A DNA stretch of 64,000 nucleotides, taken from NCBI RefSeq assembly GCF_008831285.2, contig NC_045138.2, positions 35,960,001 through 36,024,000 of the forward strand. Direction: 5' to 3'. The translations under genes were made by a program, and so were the position numbers. Positions 11,013 through 22,200 of the stretch are shown piece by piece. Numbering within the stretch: position 1 is the first letter of the stretch; every line of letters begins with the position of its first letter. Origin of the DNA: Nymphaea colorata. Its lineage: Eukaryota. The notes under the pieces were generated by a model. It made no database searches and was not told the DNA's origin. It saw nothing but the letters and a program-made list of their open reading frames with translations.

Positions 11013-13929
11013 ATCTCCCCCTCATTACCGACTCTCTACTTATGACTCTCAACATTCTTCAAACTTGGTGAACGTTTGCACTGACAATCCTTTGGTACGA
11101 GTTTTCAGGTCTCGTTATGCTCAAATGTCTTCATTTCATCTTTCATTGCAGCATATCATTTTTCAACATCTTTTGCTTCTTCAAAAGAAGCTGGCTCGAT
11201 CTCCTCCATGATGGCACAGTCTGCATTTACATACTTGAGATTTGGTTTTGGTATTCTCATTGATCTTCTTAGTGTTATGGGTGCTTCTTCTAGCTCTTCA
11301 AATTGTGATGGTCTTTCTTCTTCTGCAGTTCTTTGTTGGATTGGACTGACTCCAGTTCTTCATGGATCCGCACGTTATTCTTGTCTTGGGCTATGAACTT
11401 GTTTATCTGGTCGTCTTGCTTCTAGAACTTCCGATTTAGGTTCGCCTTGATTCATCTCGAATTGTATTTTGTTTTGAACATCTCTCTCAAGAACTGGAGA
11501 GTCTGGAAGCATCTTCTTCTCTTCTGACCACCACGATGATGCTTCATCGAAGATGACGTCGCGCGAAACATGAACTTGTCCTGTGCTAGGATTAGTACAT
11601 CTCCATCCCTTTCGATATGGATCATATCCGACAAATACACACCTCTGTGCCTTCTTATCGAACTTAGTCTTGTGCTGCTCAGATATAAAAACATAACATA
11701 CACAACCAAAAATCTAAAATAACTCACAGATGGCTTCTTTTTATAGAGCATTTCTAAAAACATAACATACACAACCAAAAATCTAAAATAACTCACAGAT
11801 GGCTTCTTTTTATGGAGCATTTCATATGGAGACTTAAAATTAAATCTCGGCATTGGTAGTCGATTGATTACGTGTACAGCGGTGCTGACACATTCTGCCC
11901 AAAATCTTGGTGGCATGTTCTTTGCATGCATCATCCTTCGACATGTTTCTGCTATGTGACGGTTCTTCCGTTCTGCCACTCCATTTTGTTGAGGCGTATA
12001 GGCACAAGTAAATTGTCTTCGAATACCATGTTGTCTCATATACGCCATAAACATATTGGATGTATATTCGCCACCATTATCGGTTCGTAGGCACCGAATT
12101 CTGTACCCAAGTTCTTTTTCCACCATCTGATGAAACTCCTTAAATTTTTCAAGTGCTTCAGACTTTTCTTTCATGAAATAGACCCAAGTATATCTTGAAA
12201 AATCATCAATAAAAGTGATAAAATACCACTTACCTCCAACTGATGGGTCTGGTACTTTGCCGAATATATCTGAATGCACAAGCTCAAATGGTGCTTTAGC
12301 TCTATACTTCGATTCTTTGAATGGCCTCTTGTGCACCTTTCCATACTGACATCCAGGGCATACTTTGTCTGTACGCATCTCAAGCTTGGGCAGGCCAATC
12401 AACTGCCCTTTATTAGACATCTCCCGGAGTTTGTTGTATCCAACATGAGCGAGTCTCTCATGCCAAATATCTACAGTGTCATGCTTCTTTGCTTTGTCAA
12501 TATATGTTGTTTCTGCGGACAAGACATATATTGACTCAACTTTCATTCCTTCAAACATGGGAGTTCCTTGAACATCTGCATCCTTATAAACTTTTACATC
12601 ATTTGGGCCAAACACAACATAGTGCCCTAAAGCTGTAAGTTGTGGCACAGACAACAGATTCTTAGTCATTCCTGGAACATGATAAACATACCATAAAATC
12701 CGGTCTTTGCCAAAGTTGGCTACAACCTCTGCTTCTCCAATATGTGCCACTGGGAGCTTTGTGTTGTTAGCAGTAACAACAACTTGATTTCCATCATGTT
12801 CTTTCATACTTACAAACTTGTTCTCATCACCAGTCATATGATTTGAGCATCCAGAATCAATTATCCAATCAGTTTGATAATTGATCTTCTCTTCTTTTCC
12901 TTTTACTGGTTTTGTATTAGCAGAATTACATCTTTCTTGTGTAATATCTTCTTTAACCTCCATTGAGTACAGAAATGAACTTTTCTGTACAGTTTCGTTA
13001 GCTCCCCAATATTGCTTATTTGTCATGACTGTATTTCCTTCATCTATTCTGACTCTGTAGTCATGAGCAATATGACCTAATTTTCCACATCTAAAACATT
13101 TCTTCTTTGGTCTCCATTGCTGTGCAGTTTCTCTTATTTTCTTTTCTATATTTTTCTCTTTCTTGTCAACATTCCTACTTGGAGACCAAATGACTGGCTT
13201 AGCTGGCCAACGTGATCTCTGACCCTTACTAAACAACGCTTCCTCATTATTTCCTTTGAGAGAAAGCCCAACCATTTGCTTCGCTAACGTTTCTTGATTG
13301 ATCAAGAGATTCTCTAATTCCAACAAAGTTGGTTGAACTGGCCAGCCTTGAAAACTAATTATAAAACTGCCAAATTCTGGACGAAGTCCACGAACAAGGA
13401 TTCTCCGTATACGTGCCTCACTAATTTTAGACTCATGGTCAATTTGAGAAATTTCTCTACAGATATTTTTACCCTTCATAAAATACTCTGGTATCAACAT
13501 GTTTCCCTGAGTTAATGTAGCTAACTCATTTTCCAACAATTGTAGGCGGGCGTCATTAGCTCGTGAAAATAGGGTTGCAAAAGCATCTCATGCTTCTTTA
13601 GGAGTTGTAGCATCTCGTATATGCTCTAATAAATCTTTCTCGATTGATACTTTAATTGCCAATAGAGTTTTTCCTGCTTTGATCATCCATTTCTTCTTCA
13701 CTTCCTCGTCGACAGGAATATTTGTGTCTGATCCCAAACTATCTTTCATAATTCCTGTCCTAGAAAATATGGCTCCATGCAGGATTTTCAATAGCCATAA
13801 TTGCTATTGTTAAGCTTCTTAATATTATTTAATGCAACCGCTAATGCCACCATAATTTCATAATATAATTGGCCCAATTAATCTCACCAGTAAAACGGCC
13901 CTCAGACAGAACCTCGCTCTGATACCACT

Positions 13930-14516
13930 TGTTGGAAAAACGAAATGCGAGCCCTATATATAACTCAAATCCGAACTCAAATTTATGCGAAAAAAATCCA
14001 GCAGAGTCTCGACATCCAAAATGATACTCAATAATAACTTTGGCAGAGTATACTTAATAACAACTTAATAACAACACCAACGAAATTCACAAAATGAACT
14101 TGCTATTTTTAATAATAAAATATTACATGAACACCAAGAGTCTAAGAAAGACTCACCTCACTAGCTCACGTAATGAGCTACCCCACTTACACACCTTGCT
14201 GCACTCGTACCACCCAAGCAGCTCACACCTTGCTGCACTCGTACCACCCAAGAAGCTCACGAAGTGAGCATACCCACTCAAGACACTTTTTCTTTTCAAA
14301 CACACTCAACTCACAATTTTTTACACACCACTTACATACCCATCATCCCTATTTATAGGGAGAGGAAGTCGATGGTGGATGTTTCCACCTACTTCCACAT
14401 TTTTTTTCTTTATTATTTTTGTTAATCATGACATCCACCGCCCTTGCAAAAGAAAGAGGCTAGGAGCCTCTTGAGTCATCTCGACTCTTCCAAGAGAGTG
14501 GTGATGACTCTCTAAA
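13930..14516 (-). repeat. 5' LTR of Copia element 2
   Basis: Direct repeat of 10466-11012, adjacent to the PBS. It carries a private 34-bp tandem duplication (14191-14258). Confidence 0.95.
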
Positions 14517-17500
14517 GGGAGAAAATGAAAAAGGCATACAGCTAAAACATTAATTAATGGTGTTATCCACTCTGTTAGCTCTGCAAGAGTTATGAACCTG
14601 AGAAAGCATTATGAATACTATAGAAAGATTGATTGGTATGCAACCTTGACAGCTCTTTAACTTCTGTTTGGTATAAAGACTGCACATTGTTGAAGTCCAG
14701 CTTTGCTAGTTCGAGCAAGACTGGGCAATGGCCGGGCTGCTTTTCATACGCTTCAATATACTGCCTGGCTAGTGGCTTCCCACCTTAGCATCCTTTTGTG
14801 TAGGGGGAGGTCTAAGGCTCGAGCCACCTGTTGAGAAAGGTCCGTATCCGAGCCCATTTCCATGCCAATTTCCTCAAGGTGATGGCCTGCGAAAGCCATG
14901 GCTTCTTCCAATACGTCCTCACCTTCAAAGCCAAGGTGTGATGCCTCGTAGTAGCTCAGCATCCCCCTTCACATCTTCTTTAAGGCTGCTCATAAAATGC
15001 CTAGTCTCGTCCTTATAAGCATTGAAAACGTCTGCAATTCCATCAACGAAATAATCAAACAAGAACGTTAGATGGCACAAGTTCAAAATTCAAATGCTTT
15101 ATCGGCAACGGCTTTTTTGAGCTTTAAGTTTTTTTAGTTAGATTAATAGAGTGTTCCAACTGCTAAACAGGGGTTGTTTGGTAACAATGACAGTAGGTAA
15201 TTGTTTTATGTATCTATCCCAAATATTAAGGCTATGAAATACTATGTTATTGTATCCCATAAATCTGTCACCATATTTGGAGCATATACATATTGCTATT
15301 TTTGCCAAATGGCTATTTATGTGAAAATTATAACCAAAAGTGAGGTGATCAAGAGAGAAACAAAATGTGAGCTAGCTATTCTTATGCTATGCCACGCATG
15401 TGAACAGTGAGGTGCATGTCTGGGTGATGTATTTTTTCAAAAAAAATATAAATATAAATGTTATATATATACATATATATATGTTATACATATATATATA
15501 AGTAATAAAAATTTAATTATTGTTTGGTTGATTATCATTTTATCAACCACTCAATGGAAAAAAAGGCAATTTATTTACTAATTCGTCATCGGATGACAAC
15601 CATTTTTCTAAAAGAGGTCATCATTGGCGAAACTTTCCAAAAGAAAATAAAACATAGACGTCAAAAGAAATAACTGCAAAGAAATATATTCACCAGGTGA
15701 AACATCACGACCGTGTTGCCTCAACAATCTGAACCGAAGAGATACGTGGTGAAGGCTTCGATCTTCACACGATCCCTCGTCTTCTGATCTGCTTATCTTC
15801 TCCACGACACCCATGATCTCCTTCTGGAATTGGTAAGCAACTCCCAATCTCTGGATGCTGTCCACCATCTCCATCAGTGCTACATCACCCCTGCAACTTT
15901 CCACTACCATTCTTCTCACATATCGTTTCAGCTGTTCAATGTCTTTCTCATCGCTCGAATCCTGCACCACAATTACCTCCCTTCATTCCATTAGTAAAAG
16001 CCCATATGTGTTTTGATTCATCGCCAATTCAGTTTTACATATAAAAATTTATGGACACGGGTGCAAATAGATCGAGAGAGACAAAGATTACATGAAAGCG
16101 CATAGCAAAGTTGAATGGCAGGGCCGATTTCTCTTCTCACGTCTTAAGGCGGCAGGTTAAGAGACAGAAACGTAATATTAAATATGGGTTTCTTTTCCAA
16201 TTAATGTAACAGGGGGATTCTTGGGGTAATCCCTCGCCGGCAAAGGAAGACTACAAAATATTAATATATATTTTAGAATTATATTTTTATATCCGTGGAG
16301 CATTGTGCCCGTCGAACTATAGTTTCAAAATTTTACCAAATATCAAAATAAAAAAATATTTTTTTTATGTACATTAAACTAATTTTTTAAATTTACATTT
16401 AAATTTTTAAAAGCTAAAAGGAGAAGGGGGCACCATGGCCTCTACCGACCCGCCTTGTCTTCCATCACTTTTTTTCACAAAAACTAGTTAGTTATTTATG
16501 AGCATTCTGACGCGTAACATTATGCAGATCAACAAAATTATTTGTTTACCTTTTATAAAATCTTAATCACACACCCAACAAATACACGTAATGATCATTT
16601 TTTTTTTCAATTGTTAACGAACAAATACAAGGCGGCATAAGTGGTACCCAACTAAAGGGCGTATGTTATGTATGTATGCTTAGTTTAGCTTGTGAAGGGT
16701 TCATAGAGCCAAGAATTGTGGAATAAAAATAGGGTAACATTTGAAAGGCAAGAATTGTGGAATAAAAAAAAAAGTTTCCAGAAACAAAATTTTGGAAATA
16801 GTGGAATGGAAATAAAATGCATATTTCCAAACTGAAAGCTTATTTGACAGATCTGGATTTATATCCTTCGAAGCAAGTTTCCATGTTTGTCAGACAATAA
16901 AATCTGGATTCTTAGAAAGGTCGAGTATTTTAGAATTTTTACTAAAAACATGAGGCATCTAACTAATTCTGGTAAAGGATGCCACATAATACTGAAAATA
17001 ACTGGGACGAAGTGAATTTTTTTTAAGAAAAGGGTTTCGATGTTTTCTTTGTTCTTTTGTTCATTTTTGTCTCCGCTCCCTCGGTCTTTCTTTGTGGGAA
17101 ACCGACGAATTGTGGCCGGAGACTGACGCTTGACGGCAGGGGACGAGCGACAAAAGAAATGGCGGTCACCAACCACCGGTGCGAGATGATGGGTTTTATG
17201 TATTTGATATTGCTTTTACCGACCGTTTTCACTGATGAATCGCAACTGGATTTTCAGTTTGGACCCAACTTCTGTGGAGCCGCTTCCCAACTGCACGAAC
17301 TTGTGCTTTGTGAATTTAATGAACGTAGCGGTAAGCGGAATTGGATTTTTGGCCTTTAAACCGCAGGACGGCGTGGACATATACTCCATCGTTCCAAAGC
17401 AATGGCATGGCTGCCAATTCTTTCATGTATTCTACAATGCGCGTTTGTTTGATCATGTCCTCCAGTCTTCATGTACCCATTCAATATTGCTTCTTCCCGC

Positions 17501-18139
17501 TACATATGGTTAGGCATTGGAAGGGATATGTAGCAAATTCCCTCAAATCAACAAGCAATAGTTACCAACATCAATGTTGACGGGAGGTCAGCCTCTAGTA
17601 ATAATTAATAACAGCAGAAAAAATTGAAGAGAAACCCAAGTGTTCTTATGCTTTTTGTTATTCCATATACCATTCAAACACCTTTTGCGGGCCTCTCTTT
17701 TAGTGTGGCAAATGTTTAACTTGTCAAGTACACATTCTTGATGTTAGAAAAAGAAAAAGGTAATCCTACGAGAATGACGGTATGAATAGATCGATGGGAC
17801 CACAAATGAAATGAATGAAACGTGCGAGAGGAAAACAGCGTTTTCTTGAATACGCAAAACAGGCTTTCCACGTTCAAGGAGTTGCTTTTAATGTTTATAT
17901 ATTCATCAACATTTCATCTATTTCGTTTGAACATAACAAAGGGAGTCACTTCACCAAGTAAATTGTCATCAATTAATGAGAACGAGGTTTAATTATAAAT
18001 ATGGGAATTTTGCTTCTAAATATTTCTTTTTGTACAAGTTCGAGCATGCTACAACTACTATTGATTAGTATCCCAATAAGTGAAAAACGTAAATAAGCAT
18101 TTCGTTATTTAGCATTAACGTTACAGAGAAGACAAATGT

Positions 18140-18400
18140 CTTTGTGATGTTCTTGTGGTGTTTTTATGTAAAGGAGTACGATGTTTCGGAAGAACGCGCA
18201 CGCAAGAAAGCTTTGAATTTGATTGGCGATGCGTGGAAGAAGCTGAGCCAGGCAAGCTTGCAAAGTTGTCCTCATGGTTTTCATCCTGCCCTAACTGTGC
18301 TCGCGTGGAGCGGCTGTTATATGCGTTTATCGGCAAACCACCATCGAGGAACACATTAGAAATATGCTTGTAGAAAGAATTCGAGTTTTACCGCGGCCGC
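18140..18400 (+). pseudogene. Orphan last-exon remnant of a TPS-g paralogue
   Basis: FYVKEYDVSEERARKKALNLIGDAWKKLSQASLQS aligns with FYAKERNVSKEYARKETLNLIGDAWKKLNQASLQS of 23218-23511, with deletions and frameshifts. Confidence 0.9.
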
Positions 18401-19240
18401 CCGCATGTCATGCATGGCATTATTGATGAATATTATGCATAGTCTGCAAAGACAAAGAGATATTTCTATTTTTTTGAACTCTTATGTTTTTTTAATGTTG
18501 CTCTATCTTGTTTCGTCTTTTCCTTTTTTGAACTTTTTATGTAAAGATTATGCGTGCATGTTTGACTGCTATTGTGAAATATCTAACGTAACTAGCATAT
18601 TGTGATGCATATCCAAACTGTCAAAACTGCATGGACTTATGTTGCTCAAAGGCAAACTCTGCTGCATGGCAAACTCTATTGCTTCTTGTTAATTCAGGAA
18701 GGTCTAAAGGATACTTCTTGTTAATTTATTTCCTCCTAGAAAAACTAACGATATTTCTCATTTCTTTTTGTTTCGGGAACTGATCAGCGACAGCTCCCTA
18801 TTTCAGACCAAGAAAAGTCTTCTAAATCCAAAACAGATGTGAATGTGCGCTGCACAGGCCAAAGCTACCAAGAAAATTTTTGATTCTCGGTTTTTTTTTG
18901 GATTATCGGGTCCGATCCGAACGGTTCACATCCATACACAAAGAAGCCATTGTCATGTTCAACCACCGCCTTCTGAGAAAAAGAGCATTTTCGGTCAAAT
19001 ATGTATGAAGTAAGCAGATGGACTCCCTATACATACAAGAGAAGCTGTTTGTTTGGGGTACTGGTTACGTTATATATAGACATCCAATACCCTCATTTCG
19101 ATCACCACCCGGTACTGTTGTTATTTCGCCTCTCCTCCCACAGTACTCTCTCCATTTCACTGAGTTTCTTTTGCACTTCGATCCTCACAGCCCAGGCCAG
19201 CCAAAAAGCCTTTTGATCCCTTACTTCTCCTGTTGATAAT

Positions 19241-22200
19241 ATGAGTCGCTTCTTCTGCATTTCCTCTCCTCAAACTAATTACCATCTTTCAAGTCCTTTA
19301 TCAATTACTTCCCTTCCTCTTAATAATAGGCCGCCAATGGTTTGCAACTTCCCCATCACCAGAATTGAGGAATTGAAGGAGAAAGTAAGGAGAAAACTCA
19401 TGGCTACGGACAATGAGTTGGAGCTCATCAAATCTATCGATTCCCTCCACCGCTTCGACATCGCTTACCACTTTGCTCATGAGATCGAGGCTAAGTTGAT
19501 CTCCATCTACCATAAATTCGGTGGATCCGACACCAGTGATCATAACTTGCATACGGTAGCCCTTCAGTTTAGACTCTTCCGGCAGCAAGGCTTCTACGTT
19601 TCCCCAGGTGAGTCCCAAGCCAAGCAGGAATACCCAACGTCTTGACCCTTTTTTAACTCCTTTATACAAGAGATCATATTAAGTAATTAGATATCGTTGC
19701 ATATTCAAATTGGTAGGTTTCAAATTGATGCACCCTTTTCATTTGGCAAAGGGAACAATATATAATTGTTTCATAAATATCTGACTCAAAGAATTGGGCA
19801 TATTCATAAAACGCCTAAAAAAGTGTTTTATGAATCTACTCAAATGTTTTGAAAAGATTGTTCTACTTACCAAATGGGCCTTTAGTGAGTGAGACTTAGA
19901 GATCAACGATTTTTCTTGGTGGGTGAACCTTTGCGGAAATCAACTTTTTTTTTTTTCTCTGAAGCAACCATGAGGACAATATTTGTACGCATCTTTTGTT
20001 GACCTTCGCCGTCCCATTGATGGGGCAAGATGAAGATACATGTTGTATCCGGGCTGGTATCATGGAGTGTCACCACTTTTCGTCACATCTTCAATCGGGA
20101 CGAATCAAAAAGCAAAAAGCGACGAATCAAAAAGCGACGATCCCTACCACCTTTTCGCTTCAATTTATGCATGGCAGTCATACATATCAGATAACTGCTA
20201 GTTACTACTGAGAATAATATACGTTTAATTATGATTTCTATTTTGCAGTTTGATCTAATTCTATTTGCTGATTTTGTGGTGTAGATGTGTTCCAAAAGTT
20301 CAAGGATTTTGAAGGGGGATTCAACCTTGGTTTGGCTAAAGATTCAAGTGGTTTAATGAGTTTGTATGAAGCTTCATACTTCCAGTGTCCAGGAGAAGAC
20401 ATACTTGGTGAGGCCAGGGTCTTTGCTAAGGCACATCTTGAGGCACTAATTCCACTTCTTCACCCCTCTCCAGCCAACCAAATCCGGCATGTGCTAGAGC
20501 ATCCTTTGCGTTTAACGTTGCCAAGGATTGGAGCAAGACACTATATAGAACGTTCTTGTGAAGATCAAGAAATGGTAGAACTGGCAATATTGGAGTTCAA
20601 CTATGTGCAATCCCTTCACCAAAGAGATCTTCAAGAATTTTCTAAGTAGAGTCCCTTTTTCCATACTTCCTTTGGGTTTTCCAGTACTTCCTTCAATTTG
20701 CTCTCTTATTTCAAATTGTTGCCGGTATGCTTGACGTAATTCATGTACAACTTGTGAAATTTATGTAGGTGGTGGGAAGAGCTTGGGATAATCAAGGAAA
20801 TGGGATTTCTTACAAGAAACCAGCCTGTGCTGTGGTTCATGTTATCCACTTTGGCGTTGCCAGAGCCACAATTCTCCCGGTTGAGGATTGAATTTGCCAA
20901 AATCACAGCACTGATCTTTGTTATCGATGATCTGTTTGATGTTTATGGAGATGATCAGTTGGATGATCTGGTTCTCTTCGTTGAAGCTTTCAATAGGTAA
21001 GGCATGTTTTAACGAAAAGGGGTACAGGAAAATATCCAAGCACACACACCAAACATGTAAAATGCGTGAATTTGTTCATGAAGGCATGCATATTGTTTTC
21101 GTGTTTCGATCTCTCACCGCATGGAACGGGATGCTTTGTTCTCGATCGCCAGTATTTTATTGCCGATCAAACAACTTCAAGGTGTTCCTACGGTTTACAA
21201 CTCTTTGGGGTCCACTATTGTTTGTCAAATGGAGGGGAAATTTTCCTTGTGATAAAAAAATTCACGTCTTAGACTCGTTTCCACTCAATATATATTGAAG
21301 TTTTCAATTTTAATTAAACATATTCTCTCCATTTGTCAAAAGGAAAAAATGGTATCGATCGTCAAATAGAAAGGACTATTGTACTCCTTTGAAATTGGTT
21401 ACAAGTTGTCCATATATATGAAGTTATTTTGTCGAAGCCAGACTATATGGAATAACGTATATGAGGTTACTTTCTCAACCGTCTTCCTTAATTATACGTT
21501 ATTCCATAGAATTGGCAGTTGGGCAACACTGAATTTAGAACTTGTTGGATTAGAAGCAAGCCTGCATGTGAAGTCATTCTTAGAACTATGCATTTCAAAT
21601 CCGGATAATATATTGATTTGATGAGTTCCAACAAATTAATCTCTGCCGCAAAGAAAAACCATTAATTTGCTTATCTATAATAATATTAATGATTTTTTGT
21701 CTGAGATGTATTGACTGGTGTATCCAATGGGTATCTTAATTTTATTAGCTGGGATACGGCATCTGTGGAACAACTCCCAAGACACATCAAGTTGTGCTTT
21801 TTGGCCTTCATGAATGTACTGAATGGAATCAGACTCATGGTCCTGACACAGAACGGCTGTGACATACTTCAGCATTCCAAAGCAACGGTATGTTTAGCAA
21901 TACCTTCTGTGCTCACGTAAGTGCTAATCTGTTTCAATATTTTTCTTCCCCTAGTCGGGTGAAACGGGAGGGTATATACCGTTTGATTTGACAACGCATT
22001 CTCGCCGTGACAAATTGGTTCTGATCATTTTTTCTTTTCTTTTTTTTCTTTTCGGCAATTAATCAAGACCATTTATGGGTTTTCTGTTCAATATCGATGT
22101 AATTAATTGAATAATTAGTCCATTTAATTCTTCGACAAAATGGTCACTTTTCTGCAATAAAAGAGAAGTTTTAGTACTTAATTTCTGCCATTTTGTTTTA

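Larger units (their letters stand above)
10466..14516 (-). mobile_element. Ty1/Copia LTR retrotransposon with gag-protease-integrase but deleted RT/RNaseH
   Basis: LTRs 10466-11012 and 13930-14516, TSD AGGAG/GGGAG, perfect PBS TGGTATCAGAGC (13916-13927), PPT AGGGGGAGAT (11013-11022). ORF 11452-13539 contains the zinc knuckle CFRCGKLGHIAHDY, protease WIIDSGCSNHM, GAG-pre-integrase and the rve core (FIDDFSR, LRTDNGGEY, QQNGVAERKNR). Confidence 0.96.
4203..15961 (-). pseudogene. Terpene synthase pseudogene (TPS-b-like)
   Basis: Exon remnants: 15694-15961 (VDSIQRLGVAYQF..LRFRLLRQHG); 14645-15031 (YEASHLGFEGE..LELAKLDFN, two frameshifts); 10285-10425 (WD..LPEYMRICFLAL, stop and frameshift); 9868-10119 (EAEWF..EYLDNAWISIG..RLLDDLGT). 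The last exon is split into 9680-9765 and 4203-4326 (EEMKRG..WKKMNKE / LELVRTAHRFFLHGDG). The DDxxD exon and a clear first exon were not found. Confidence 0.92.

Noticed and set aside
16088..16150. Candidate first exon of the TPS pseudogene
   Set aside because: A GTAATC donor-like site exists on the minus strand, but there is no convincing RRX8W motif or start codon.
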